Shown in pieces: positions 10,201 through 25,200 of a stretch of DNA of 64,000 nt. The notes below the pieces were generated by a model that saw nothing but the letters and a program-made list of their open reading frames with translations, was not told the origin of the DNA and made no database searches. The position numbers and the translations under genes are program-made. The stretch is from Podarcis tiliguerta. Lineage: Eukaryota. Each line of letters opens with the position of its first letter. The stretch's first letter is position 1. The stretch is taken from the NCBI GenBank assembly GCA_965153285.1, contig OZ229116.1; one strand, written 5' to 3'.

Positions 10201-13200
10201 CAGACTTGGATGATGGGGGAGAATGGAGTAGAGCAGGAGTAGCTGTTGATCTACAGACCTAATTAGGCCTGCCAAACAATTTTATTTCTTTACTTTTATT
10301 TCATAAAATTTATACACCACTTGATTGTAAAAAAACCTCAAAGTAGTTTAAAGTAATTTTTGGCAAACCAAACCCACATTTCTCTGCACCTGAGCTCATA
10401 TGTGAATGTACTTGAAGGGTGCAATTAATTAAAAAATAATATTCTTGAATGATTCCATACTTGATTAGTTTACATTTGCTAAAGGTTCTTGATGGTGTTC
10501 AATTCTTATGCACAGTGCTAAGTGGGAGACAGTGACCCCCCCAAAAAAAAACCTAGTGATATTTGCAGAGCAAGAGCATTTACATAAAATTTGCAAGCAA
10601 TATATTCCATGTACCACTGTTGTTAAGAAATTCCTGGCAAATTCTTTGCTCTGCCTTTGTAAAGTGGACTGCTAATGCAGTAGGAAAAAAAACTTTTTTT
10701 TTTACTTTCAGATTTGACAGCTAGAATATTTGCTTCATTTGAAAAAGACAATGAAGACTACAAGGTAACTTTTTGCAGTATGATCGATGTAGACTTTACA
10801 AAGAACTAATGTACTTTTTTCTAGCAAAAAGTCTTAAGTAGATAATGTCTTCTGAAGCATCACTCTCCATATGCTTGGCCACACTCTCAAAGAATCCAAA
10901 GTAGTACTAAGGCAGGCTTTATCTTTGCAGAAGCCATGCTGTTCTTTCATCAGCAAGACTTCTTCTCTTTTATACTTTACCATTTTATCTTTAAAGCTTT
11001 CCACCAATTTAACTGGAACAAACATTAAGTTAACTTGTCTGCAATTTCTTGATTCCCTCTATTTTTTAAAACCTATGCGACTTAAACATAGGATAAAATA
11101 ACATCATGTTCTGCTTTCCTTGGGGGCATTTGATGAACACTAGAGACTTTGATTGATCCAGCCAGTAAAAAGTGAAATTATGGAGGAGATTCAACAATAA
11201 GTAATTCAAATTCCTGTATTGACTTTCGTTTGTAGGCTGTTTCATTAGAACATGGTCAGAAGAGGATAACAAATGAAATAGACAACAACACCAGGATCGG
11301 CTTTTCCAGATTTATAGAAAATGAACAACCACTGAGCTTTGCAAGCTTAGAAGGAAATTCTACAGGTATTGCTTTAAAAATCGAATTGTTTGGTATACTT
11401 CCAGTTTATTTTTGCTAAGGATGGCTCCACACTGCCAGCAGCAAGCCAGATTATTTGTGCACTGATGTTTCAGGCAATGCATATGCTTCTTGCAGTGAAC
11501 ATGTGAAGTGCAGATGATATACAAATGTCCTTAAAACACCTATGTTCATATATCTGGGAAACTGTGGAAGAATGCACGTGGTTCATACTTGATATCTGAA
11601 CTAATGGCAAGCCGCTTTTTGCTGAATTAGAATATGAAATTGGAGATGAAGAGTTCTGTGATGGCCAACTGGAGACCTATTTTGAGCAGCTGGTACTACC
11701 AGAAATGCAGATGGAAGATGTTGAAGAACATGAATTTGGAGAACATGTTAAAGCCATGGAACTGCCTTCAAATAGGAAAACTGTAAGTGAAAATTCAGTT
11801 ATTCTAGTATTGGGGGTTTGTAGGCACACTATGACATTGTTCAGTCTGCATGAACAATTTTGTAAAAGGTGGTTGCGGGGTAGATAATGTTGGTAACTTA
11901 AGGGAGCTGAAATGAGGCACAGTTCATTTGCCCCAAAGCTGCATCTTCTGCAGAGGATCCTAATAGCAATAATGCCCCATTTCCCTTTTCTCTCCCCTCC
12001 TTCTACACAAGAACTACAAAAGAATAGAGAATGAGCAATAGATGGAGATAAGGCAGCACACAGAGACTAGACATTCTCTCTAATGTTGTGTACTTGTGCT
12101 CGTACGCCCTTGTTGGTTGGTGAAAAGAAATGGTTCTGTTCAGACTTTCTGGGATGCTTCATAAGCACTACACTCGTGTGCAAGTGGATCATGCTCTAAC
12201 AAACTACATAAATAATCTTCTGCCGTTGCGCAAGAGTTCTTGGGTACTTGAGTTTCACCTGCTCTGAGCGTGATGAGCAGCTAGCCAACCTCCCAACTTT
12301 GAAGCTGTAGAGGTGAGCAGGGCTCATCTTGACACATTGTATGATGCTCCTTGCAAAGCCACAGGCCTCCCCAACTCTAGAGCACATTGAAGGCATTTTG
12401 GATGAAAACTAACACTTAAAATTCTTCAGGAAAAGTTCCAGATACCTAACATTTGCCAGGCAGCAAGAACTGGTTCACCTGTTGCTAGCGACGAAGAACT
12501 GTATGAATTTAAGGAAGCTGGGCATAACGAAAAAGACAAGCAATTTATGCTGCCCGTGACAGTAAGGCAAGAGGTGCGTCATAATTAAGCTTGGCTAAAT
12601 TTCTAGAGAAGACATAAACCTTTAACCAATATAGTTTGGGGGTGGCTGTACGTGGGTTGCCTATACTCAAATACATTTTAAGAATTTTTTTTTTAATTGC
12701 AATGCATTTGCTTATCTTTTCTTTTTTATTTGCAACAGGTAGAATGCAGTAAACCTAGTCTAAACTCTGGACACGGTGATAGTTCTGAAAAGTTTCCTGC
12801 TGAAACGGTAGTTTACACATCTGAAGTATGCAGTAGAACAACAGATTATCAACACGCTTCTTCAGATGCCCTAGGTAGCAGCTCTGTTATTGATGGTGAC
12901 ATTTTAATGTACTGGTTGTGCATATCAATTTGGTACAGCTTAGTTTATTCTGTGTCTCCTTAAAAGGCACAATCGTGTCATGACAGATTTTAAGCATCTT
13001 TTTAAAAATGCATATTGAGTAAAAATGAATATAATGAGGAAAATATGGTATAGTAATGAAGCCCAAAGTACTATGGGAATAACATGTTGATGCCTAGATG
13101 TGTTAACTATTAAATGTTTTTTTCTATTACAACATTTCTTTCATTTCATTTAAAATCAATGCTAAATAACTATATCACTGCAGGTTGTCATGACTGTAGT

Positions 13201-16200
13201 GAGGAAGATGGAATATCTGTAAAGACGAAAACAGTCAGCAGCAGCAGCAGAAATGTAAGTAGAGGACTGAAAATCAGAATCCATGTATTCTGGCTCAAGA
13301 TACTGAGTTTGACCTAATGTTGGGTGTCTCCTAGAGTAGACCCATTGAAATAAATAATCTTAAGAAACTTGTTCATGAATTTCAATGGGTCTACTCTGAG
13401 TATGAGTTGGATATCACTAGTTTCTTTTAACAGGGGATCATCTCTTTTTTAAATAAACCAGACTTCTTTTTGAGCAAGTGTTGGGGATACTTTTTGATTC
13501 TGTTTTTTAAGGAAAACATTCTGAGTCTGAATTTCCAAAGCTTCTCAAGAGTTTATGAATCAATCACACATGCAAATCCCTATTATTTTTTCCCAACCAC
13601 TAGTCATCTGTCTCATGCCAAGACCTTGAGTAGGCAACATTAACTTGTTCATTTTGTCCCTTCCTCCTCTCCCCATCACCACAATGAGCACTATAGTTAA
13701 CAGTGCCTAGCTGATGATCCTGTATGCAAGCTGGAGGGAGCTTTCCCAGTAAAATTGCCCAAATGGCATATACTACTTAACAGCAATAAACACTTTAAAT
13801 TGCTTGCTAAAACCATACTCAATGAAAGTCCTTGAGCAATTATATAAAACCTTACTACATGAGGTTATTTAAAATTGGTCTGGGAAAGTGTCTCTTAATT
13901 GACATTAAAAAGAAAATGAACATTTTTGTCCAGTTAATAAAGTAACTCTCTTTCTTTCCTTTTGCTTTTTATGAAAGGATGCCACAAACGTAACCAACTG
14001 TGAATTAAAGCTAGATTCTCTCTACTTTAAATGCATTGCTGACAGTAATGCTGCTTCTGAGATATGGCACACAGAACAGCAAACCCAATTTCCTGATCTG
14101 TCGCAGCTTGCTAATGAAAATTATGTTCCTCTGGCTGATGCATACCTGTCTCCAAGTGCTTACAAAGGTTCAGAGCAATATGAATGTACAGCAGAAGGTT
14201 AGTTAAATGCTAGCTCCTGTGTGCTTTCAGCTTCTAGACTGATTTTGAGATGTTGCTAAGTTGGTGGGTGGCTGCTGTGAATGCTTTTGTGTTATGCCTG
14301 ATGTAAACAGCACATAGCCTTAGTCGATACAGATGAAATACTGTAGCTTACTTGAAAATGAGAGTGGAACAAAAGTAGCTTTTGAATATCCCAGTTCAGT
14401 TTTGATTTAACCACTTAAGTTAAAGCATGCATGCATTGCTTATTGTTGTTGTTGTTTTAAATCAACTCATTGTTAGCTTTCCTTTCCTTCCCCCAATCGT
14501 CAAAGTCTAGGTATTAACATCCTTTGGATTAGGAACCTTATTTGTGCTATATTGTAATGTACTCATTCATGTACATGCGTATCATGACTGAAAGTGGAGG
14601 AAGCTAAAGACAACATGTGATTCCTTTTTTAGAGGACCCACCACATGATGTTGTGTATCAAAATGAAGATGGTAGATGGGTGACAGATCTTGCTTACTAC
14701 ACGTCATTTAATAAAGAACAAGTATCCAATTTCTCAAACTTAAGTGGAGACTTCGTAGCTGGATGTAAGTCTTCTTATACTTTTAAATCTTTGGAAATGT
14801 CTTGGTTGCATATCACGTCCTAATCTTAAAAGAACAGACACCTGCATTTACAAAATATGTCAGTATCAGAAGGAGTTTTGTCGGAGCTCCCTTGATTTCT
14901 CGAGATTATTTTTTTCACTTCTGTTTTAAATTACCCCTTTCCACAAAGATAAGTAGGAAACATAGCAGGGGTCTTGCAAAGCTTTCCTTCGACCTGCCTT
15001 GAGTAAGTTTGTACTACAAGATTAATTGTATGTTAGGACATGGGTCACCAAGATTCTCCACATATTTGTAGGTAATGTAATGCAGATGCCAAGTGCATGA
15101 CAGTGAAACAAAAATACTTCTTTGGGTAACTGAAACTTCAGTGTTAAAACAATTAACAGCATAAGTAACCTGACTTCTCTAAACTTAGGATATTAGTTGT
15201 GATAGACTTCAATTGCAGTATTACTTACAAAACTGCTGAAATTAAATAATGGTAGAGGAAAGGGGCTGGCATGGCTTTCAGATTTCCTTGCTGATAGCTC
15301 TGCTCCTTACAAAGACAGCAGCACAGAAGACCAGGGCTTCAGATGATACAAAAGCTTGTTTTTATTCAAAGCCGTTCTCCTTGAATAATAAATATCAGTC
15401 TTTTCTTACAGTTGGTATTACCCTAATATCACAAAACCACACAAAACTTTTAAATTTTATTTATTTCTTTGGATTTATACACTGGTGACATTTTTAGAAA
15501 AAAATATCTTTAAGTAGCTACAAGTATCACGAAATTACAAATAGAAATCAGGAAATAATAACTAAATTATTTTTTAAAATCCATCAATTAAAAACATCAT
15601 AGCCAGTAGCTGAACAGAATAACCCCCTTAAACAACTCAAGAAGCCTGAGTAAGCAAATAGGCTTTTAGCTGACTTAAAACATTCAGCTGATGGAGCTAA
15701 GCAAATTGCATATTAACATTACATGACCTTACAGGAAACTAGGCTCAGTACATAAAATATGCCTAATTTTTAATGTAATTTTTACTTCACGTTTACCTTT
15801 CACTCATTCATCCATTCTGCCTAGGGAATGTGGGATATGCTAAGAGGTTAATCGTTTCCTTTTCTTCCCTGTTACTCTTTGAAAAGCTGAAGCAATTGCT
15901 GTGATTGACCAAGATCAAGAAGAATTTGAAAGGGAACACAGATTTATGCAGGTAGGAAACATTGTAAAGCAGCTGTTCTGATCCTTTTGTCTATAGGTAA
16001 TGATAATTCTTGACGTTTTTGTTTGCTACATTTTCAGGAAGAGAAAATGGAACTGCAAAATACCTCTGGATTAGAGGACTCTTCATGGAAATGTGTTAAT
16101 AACGGCAACCCACTAAGAGGTTCACAAACCGACTTTAGCAAAGATGCTAGTTACTTACGGCTCTCTCTAGGAGAGTTCTTTGGTCAGAGGTCTGAGGCTC

Positions 16201-19200
16201 TTGGTTGCCTCGGAGGAGGAGGTGATGTGAAACGGGTACGTAGCTGTCTTGTCCACATACTTTTACCACTATATGTACATACTTGGTTTTTGACAAGATT
16301 CCTCTCAGACTACAAAATAGAAATAAGTAAATGAGCAGGCTCATGGCTGAGTAATAGAGCATATGCTTTGCATACAGAAAATGCAGGTTTAGTGCCTTCC
16401 AAATTCATTAAAATATCTCTGATAGAAGGACTGAAAGAGATATATCCCTGAGACTCCGGAGAACTACTGCATTTGTCTATGTAGCCCATTACTGACTTGT
16501 CCATGAGGTAGTCTCATGTGCCTGTTGAGTTATTTTCTACAGGGGATTGTGAAACACAGGGCAAAGAAGCAAATTTATTTTTGAAGGCAAGTTTGACATC
16601 TTCCAGATCTAGACGCTGTGTTGGCCAGCTTCTATTACTACATGTTTCTCAGAGCATTTATCATGAATGTTATTTCCTCTTACAGCCATCTTTTGGTTAT
16701 CACATTACTTCACCGGAAAAGAGACAACCTCTTCCTTTGTGGAGGCAATCTGATGTATCTAGAACAAACTCTGATGAACAGAATTCTCAGACATCTACTC
16801 TTCAAGGTAATTTCTTGTAAACCTAATAATTTCTCATAAACCTAATAATTCTGTGCAAGTAGCTGTTTATCAGGCGAAGCCAACCTAGTGGCCTCCAAAG
16901 ATTGTGAACTACAGTTCCTCATACTTTCCACCGCATGGCTAATGGACTGTTCACAACACCTGAAGGGCATCACGCTAGCCACGCATGATGTTAGCCAATT
17001 GTTCACTTCATTTCCAAAATCTGCTTATGTATTGGGCCAAGTCTGATAACACTATACGGTGGTACCTCGGGTTAAGTACTTAATTCGTTCTGGAGGTCTA
17101 TTCTTAACCTGAAGCACCACTTTAGCTAATGGGGCCTCCCGCTGCTGCTGTGCCACCAGAGCACGATTTCTGTTCTCATCCTGAAGCAAAGTTCTTAACC
17201 TGAGGTACTATTTCTGGGTTAGCAGAGTCTGTAACCTGAAGCGTATGTAACCCGAAGCATATGTAACCCGAGGTACCACTGTATAGCATACAGTTGCAAA
17301 CTATGCTGCTAGCCTGCCAACATAGTGTAAGTAAGGGCAAGAAAATGGGGTCTGTGTTTTATATTGAGCATATTCCAGAATGGCATTAGAGGACTGCTCT
17401 GCCCCCTGGCAACTATGCTGCAGGATCCTGTGGGGTTTCATGCTGTTTCATATTAATGTAAGGAGCAGCTCATATTTTTCATGCAGAGGGCAGGATTGAC
17501 TCATGGCCAACCCCTCCAGGGGCAACATGTGAAAGTGGGCATTGCTGAAGTCTGAAAGTGAGGATAGCTAATTTTAAATTTTTTATTTTTTTTTAAAAAA
17601 AGACACATGGGTATCGCAAAAAGGTTTTCGTATCATAACACTGGGGGTGCATAGGAACTTTAAAAAGTCATTTTGGGGTGTGTGTCAAAAACCGTGTTGG
17701 GGCTATATGCAGGCCAAGAGTTTTTTTAACAGATTTTAAAATTTTGGTTTTAGTGCTTTACAGTCATACCTTGGGATAAGTACGCTTCAGGATAAGTATT
17801 TTCGGGTTGCGCTCCGCGGTGACCCGGAAGTAACGGAGCATGTTACTTCGGGTTTTGCCGCTTGCGCATGCGCAGTCAAAATGACATCACGCGCATGCGC
17901 GGAAGTGGCAAAACGTGACCCATGCACATGCAGACGCGCTGTCGTGTCTTACGTTCCATTCGGGATGCGAACGGGGCTCCGGAACAGATCCTGTTCGCAT
18001 CCCGAGGTACCACTGTATTATGTGTGGTATTTAATGGTACAGATATGTAAATCACCCTGGAATATTTTCATCAAGGGTGGCTTAGAAATCATATATTTCC
18101 TTATGCAGCTTAGTATTATCCTCACACACTGTGCTTGATATGAAAATAAGCAGTTAGAGTACAGATAGAATTAAATTGCTTTTACATAGGATTTTTGTTA
18201 TTCCAAATAGATCTTAGATGTGTGCTTAATTACATTTGTGTGGTGTTTACACTTAAAATGGCCATGTTCAGACAATCATTCATAGTGTCATAAACACATT
18301 CCTCTCCCCTTTTCACATTGGCCAATGACTTGGATCTCCTGCCTTGCGTTAATCCAGAATTCCCTATTGCATCCAAGCCAGGGAACTCTACGTTAATGTG
18401 AGTTAACAAATCAGGTTAATAGAAGTATCTATGCCAAAGCAAGTATACAACAGAAAGAGGAGGAACAGCAGCATGAAAACATGGATAATGATCTGAATAT
18501 TGCTAGGCGCAACATTAATCTTTGCAATTTGTTCTTTGCAATATACATTTCTTTCATTGGCTTATTGTAAGCAGTATTCTAGCGAACACAAGCTAACTTT
18601 TCTTGTCTTAGGGGATGTAGAAGAAAGCATTAAGGAAGACTCCCACATTGCATCTGCTACATTTACCCTTTGTGAAGTGAGTGCAAAAGACACAGAGAGA
18701 GGAAGGGTAAGTATTTAGATATCAAAAGCAAAATAGATATCTGTTAAAAAGTATTTCATTTCTTATAAGAATTCTGAAACAAATATTTCATTCTGTCTAA
18801 AGTACCGTATTTTTCCATGTATAAGATGCCCCCATGTATAAGACGACCCCTATTTTTTTAAACCCAAAATTAAGAAATTAAGTTGTTTAGCTTTTATGGG
18901 GGTGGGGGAGGTCACTTCCACCAATCGCTCACTCACCTGCCCACCACTGCCGATTGCTTGCCACAGCCATTGCTGATCACACACCACGCCCCAGCCACCA
19001 ATTGTCTGCCCGCTTGCTGCCACCAACAGCCCACCCACCTAACTTGCCGCAGCCGCCAGTCACCTGCCCGCCTCGCCACAGTGCCAGTCGCCTGCCCAAT
19101 TGCTGCAGCCACAGCCAATCGCCAGCAGGCCTTGGCACAGCCACCATCACCCACCCAATTGCTGCTGCCATTAATCACATGTCCCCCCTCTATATTCAAT

Positions 19201-22200
19201 CTCTGTGTATAAGATGACACCCACTTTTTGCCTTATTTTTTTTAGCAAAAAGCATTTTCTTATACACGGAAAAGTAGGGTACAGTTAAACCTGAAGCTGG
19301 AAGTTAAAACATACTGTCTCACAAGTGGAAAACGTGGTCAGTTTTTCTGAATAAATTGTCTGAGTAGCAGAACTACTGCTGGATCAGACCAAAGGTCTGT
19401 CTAGTCCCACATTCTATTCTCAGTAGCCAGCCAAAATGACAATGGGAAGCCCACAAGCAGGACATGAGCGCGATGATGCAGTTCCTGTTTAAAATGCTCA
19501 ATAACTGGTATTCAGAACTATACTGCCTCTGATACTGGAGGCAATATAACCATTATGACACATGAGTTCAGCTTTGCTACAGGATGTTAAAAATGTCAAC
19601 TTCTTTTCCAACTTCTAGGAGAAATGTGAAAACCGAAAAGTTGAATGTAAGCAGCATGAGCCATCTATATTAAGTATAAGCACAATTGCATCTGCTATTG
19701 CAAATGCTTCTGTTAGTACTGATCCAGCACAACTTGCTGCTTTGATGACGAAAGCCTCAAATAAAAATAGAGAAATAATAAGCATCCCTGGAGGTGTCAA
19801 ACCGACAGACGTTTCTGCCGTAAGTCAGTCATATGTCAGCAATGTAGAAAATAGCACATTTGACATAGAGAAATATCTCAGGAAAACTGATGAAGTTGAG
19901 AATGATGGTGAACCCGGAAGCATAATTAAAGATGAAGCAACTGCCAGGGACTTGCATACAGTTTTGTACAAACAGGAATCTGAAATGCCTTCTCCAAGAG
20001 ACTTCTCCAAAAGTAATTTGTCTATCAGGCATGGAGAAGAGAAGCTTAATCTAAGCATAATACATGAGGAAAACAGTTACAGAGACTCATCTTGTAAAAC
20101 AAGTTTTGAGAAAAAGGAAATGGAATGTTTAAAAGCAGCATCCAACAGAGGTGAAGACTTTCTTCCAAAAAACCTGACTTCTTCTGTACCAGATTCAGAA
20201 AAGAGACCATCAGAAACTACTACCATATCTTTGGAGGATAGTGGAAAAACACTTCCCAGTAAGTCTTTAACATGTTTTCTAAACTTTTTGGTAGCTGTGC
20301 AATTTTAAAAAGAACATTTACAACTGACATTCACAAAATGGCAATTATTTCAGTGCAGCTTAATGAAAACTTTGGGTCAGTATGGCTTGTAATGAGAGAA
20401 ATGCTCTTTTGCAGGGGAATAGATCTTTTGACCACACACATAACCCTTTGCACCACTCTTCACATGGGCCTGCAAACAATCCAGGAAATCTGCACTGTGG
20501 TTTCTTATAATAGTTTCAGAACAAATCAGGATACAAATCCAACTTCCAGCCATGCCATAATAACCTGGTGTGTTTGAAAGCTGCTAACCATAATTTTCCA
20601 GTTTAGATGAAATGCAAACTCTAATTAATGGAAGAATTTATGGTTTGTTTTCTGGCTTGCATGAAGGTACTGCATGTGCAGCCAGAAAGCCAGAAAACCC
20701 TGCATCTCTGGTATAAAGTCAAAAATGTATAATTTGAGTGTGAACACTTTTTTCTTTATCCAGCTTACTCTGAATCAGAAGGAAGAACCAGCAAGAACAC
20801 TCTACCCCTCAGTTTAAAATCTGTTCCAATATTGCTTTCCCCTCTTCCTGTACACCCTAATAAGGAAAAAACTATATCCAATATTAAATACCAAGAGAAA
20901 CAAGATGAGAAGATAATGGAAGAGAATGCTGCCTGCAACAATGAAAAACATAGAGCTTTTGAAAATATATCTGCTGATAACCAGAAAGATGTTGGTGAGT
21001 AGAGTATACCGTACTTTTTGCACCATAACACTCAGTCCCCCCCCCCAAAGGTAAAGGAAAATGTGTGTGCACGTTATGGAGCGAATGCTGGTGGGAGGAG
21101 CCGCTCTTGCAGGCTTTTCGGAGAGGTGCCTCTCTTTCTCCGTGTCTGCCTGCAGCCGGCAAAAGTTGTGTGCAGCGTGTAAAAGCCAAGGTGGAAGAAG
21201 GGAGAGCCTCTCTTTCTCCGTGTCTGCCTGCTCTGGCTTTTTGGTGAGGTGACTTTATAGTCTGATGGGCTGACTGTAATTCAAGCAAAGGGAGAGCCCC
21301 TTACACACATGTAAGTGGCTCTTACTCTGCTTTCTTTACAATGAGGCGGAAGGAGGGACAAAGAGGACATCCCCTTCCGTCCCTCCCCCAGCACCTCACC
21401 GGTAAATTCAAACAAAGCGGCTTACAAGGCTCGTGTCCCTGCGTCTTCTCCTCCTCTTTTTGCTCTGGTTCGAGGCAAGGCAGCTGCACAAATGTGAGCT
21501 CCCCCTCTTCCTTCCTTCCCTCCCTCCCTCCCTCCCAGAATATGTTTTTTCTTGTTTTCCTCCTCTTAAAAACTACGTGCGTGTTATGGTCAGGTGCGTG
21601 TTATCATGCAAAAAGTACGGTAGGTATATTGATTTCTGCTGAAGCCTGCTTTGAAAGTAAGCTGAAATAGTTTGTTATTTATAGGTTTATGAAGTTTATT
21701 CTTCATTCCTGTGCTTGATAACTGCTCTCATCTACTTCTGGAGGCTGTTTCTTGGCCTCCATTGAAGGAGAGCTGCTTTCCTCTGAGGCATGGTTGCTTT
21801 TACAGAACATTATTTCTTCCTTAGTTTTAGTTTAGTTAGGTGGGCTTGGTTTTGGGCTTCTGGGCAGAGAACCCTGGTCTTCAGAACAAGGCAAGAAGAG
21901 GTATTATGTCTCCAAATTGTTCGCAGGAATCTAGGTCACTTGTCCTTTTTCTAGGCCTGTAACCAGGTACTAAGTGCACCCAGTTGACATTACTTGGATT
22001 TCTGAAATGATCTCACTTATTCTAACAGACCAGGACCTAGTTCAACATTATGTTGGCTTGCCCCAAAAGTTCGTTAAGATCTATACCCCCTGGATTTAAG
22101 TGGAATTGTAAAGGACAAAAGGAGAACACTTCTCCCCATCAACTCTCACATTGCTTGATAGCAAGATTTGAAACCATAATTTTTCCCAATTTATTGTAGT

Positions 22201-25200
22201 GTTTGCATGTGATTTTCAACAGAAGCAATTTCAATCTGGACTAAAATGTGGCAAAATATAGGTGTCTTAAGCATCTTATTGAGTTGCTCTCTAACATGTT
22301 CAGGCTCTGCAGAAGTCTCACCCAAATGTTCACTGGCCCTTATTACTTGGAGTTGCAGCCACTCTGAAAGTGGGAGTACTAGCCTCATGGGTATTCTGTA
22401 TGACTTTATTCTTTTCACCTAGTTCTCATAACTTGTGCCTCATGGAGCATCAATCTAATAGTGGTCATACAGTAAAGTGGCCATGGCAGCCTTTGGTGCA
22501 TAGCTGTTTTCAAGCAGCCATGGATTGATTCACACAGAATATTTTGTCCCTCTGAGTAAGACTCTCTAAGTATTGTGGTTAAAAATGTGTTCTTTTGATA
22601 ACTAAGTCTAAGCAGAAGGGTATCAGCATGACTAGCTTCAGGGCTAGACCTTCCACTTATAAACATTCTCATTTCCTGCAGTTTTTGACAGATTCATTGA
22701 ATTGGGTTGTCCAGAATCAGGTAAGGGTATTTCAGGCATGGCCAGAAAACTCTACCAATTTCCCCTGGGATAAGGAAGTGATTGTTTCAGACAAAGGGGA
22801 CAGATTTTGAGCTGGCCACAACTTGGTTTATTAGTAGCCAAGCCACCTCTGCTATGTATTTCTCCTGTTTGCCATTGTTTTGAAAGCAATGCCTGGAAAG
22901 AATCCCAGTGATTTTGGTTGCCACATTCTATAATTTATATAATAATAATAATTTATTATTTATACCCCACCCATCTGGCTGCATCTCCCCAGCCACTCTG
23001 GGCAGCTGCCAATCGAGTGTTAAAAACAATACAGCATTAAATTATTAAAAACTTCCCTAAACAGGGCTAATAATAATTTGTTATTTATTCTAAATAAATA
23101 TTATTATTTAGTATACATTCTGCCCTTTCTACTGGCACTTGAAAGTAGGCAAGCTTCAGCAACCGCTTCACTGTTGAAGAAATGCCCATCTGAAGAATTT
23201 GAGCACAATTGCTAAATCTATCTTTATAGGATGTCATCTCATGACAAACATGGGACATAAACTGCAATAGTTCTCTCTGGTCATTAAGAGGTTGGCATCT
23301 GGGCTGCCACCTGCATTTTATGTATAGTAAAAAAGTGGGGCTGTGCACCGTCAGAATACTACATCTCAAGGATATCCTTCTATCATATACTTCACTGTTT
23401 TACCATTTAGGTATTTCATAGCTAAATATGAAATCCCTAAACATAGGCTTTGCAAATTTCTGTTGAGAAGTATTGCCTCCTGAGGTGGATAGTCACTGAT
23501 AATCTGAAGTCATTCTTTCCATGGCTAGGAGGATTAATTTCAACATCTCCTTTTTAAAATATTCAGGTAATGCTGTTGTAGTAACAGAACAGACACCTAC
23601 AACTCCTATGCCTTGTATACAGATGTCAGATGATGAACAATACAGTTTCAGACCTTCAACGTCTCCACTTATTCATTCATCTCCAAATGAAGCTTCTGGA
23701 ACTGCTCTTTTAGGGTAACTATTGTGTGGGAACATGAAAAGCCGGAATGTGGGTGGGAGTCAGTAGTTGAATATGGTTAGATGGTTAGATTGCATGGTCT
23801 GAGCCATACAATCCATTATTGCCTACTGTATTGGTACAGCTCCCTCAGGTCACAGTCGGTCTTCCCCATCACCTGACAGCCCTTTTGAAAATGAGATTCC
23901 TGGGATTTCCTTTGTGCAAAGCATGCTGTCTGTCTTTGAGCGATAATCTCTCAGTTGAATATACACATTAACTAATCATTGGCAAATATTACTTTTGACC
24001 TCTGTACATGAGGCCCTAATTTTTAAACACTCTTCAATCAATATAAACCTTTTCAAGACAATTGTCATAATATAAAATGGCAGTCAATTTTACATACTAA
24101 TGTGAACTAGAAATGAGGATACTGCTGCTGCTTAGCATTCTTGCCAAGTGAACAATATTGCAGTATTCAGTGTCAAATCAAAGAGCCAGCATCATTAATT
24201 TATTCTTATAAATTATGTGACTCGCTCAAGTAGTAAGGATACTCCAGAAATTAATGTAGCTTCCTGTTGGCTACTCAGCTACATTCAGGCTTTCGTTGCT
24301 GGAATTCAAACCCTACACAACCTGGCACCAAGATCCAAACTGATCTTTAAGATCTTCCACAGAGACACTGCTGGCCGTTCCACAACCACACAGTTGTCAC
24401 TTTGTGACATCACCAAGAAGGCCTGCTTCCTGCATTGTCACCCATCCTCTTGGGTAATGCCTCTTAAAACATACTTTCCCCCAAGCTTTCCTAGACTCTG
24501 GGTCTTAATTTTTAATTATCTGTTTAGTATGCTGCTCAGTGTTACCTGTGGTGCATCACTTTGTGTTATTGTTTCTCTTCACTTTTAGGAATTTTGTTAA
24601 ATGTTATTATCAGTATTCCATTATTTATGTAAACTACTTATTTTTATTAAGCGGTATACATTTGTTTATGAAATACTGTGGTGATACAGGAAAAATGAAA
24701 GGCAAGCCTCATGCAGATGTGATGCTACACAAACAAATTAACCATGGTGCTCCTAAATCCAAGTTGACCGACTGTTGAACAAGTAGCCAACATGGTGCCC
24801 TCCAGATGTTTTAGACTACATTTCCATTAGCTTAAGCCAGCACTAACCAGTGTCATGGACGATGGGAATGTTAGTCTTACCAGCATCAGGAGGCTACCCC
24901 CGAACTATTTTTTTTGAGATTTAGCATGGTCAGACATGACACTGAAGGACAGCTAAGGTGATAGAGTGGGGAGGCAGAGCAATTGGATAATAAAAGAAAG
25001 GTGAAAAAGCATGCGTGTTCCATCACTTGATTATTAAGCCAAGGCTGTGTCAGGGTCTATACTGTGTCTGTTACTGGCCTGTGGAGTGAAATGAGCAAAA
25101 GCAAACTCAAAAGCTGCATCTAGCCTCTTACTAGATCATGTAGTTTTAGCACTTACTATGTCATTTTGCTTCATGCAGCTGAGATCCAGAAACACTTTTT

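Noticed and set aside
16818-16850. 19-bp tandem duplication next to a donor
   Set aside because: Ordinary slippage; donor intact.
18850-19220. Stack of ORFs on both strands
   Set aside because: All within the low-complexity interior of a MITE.
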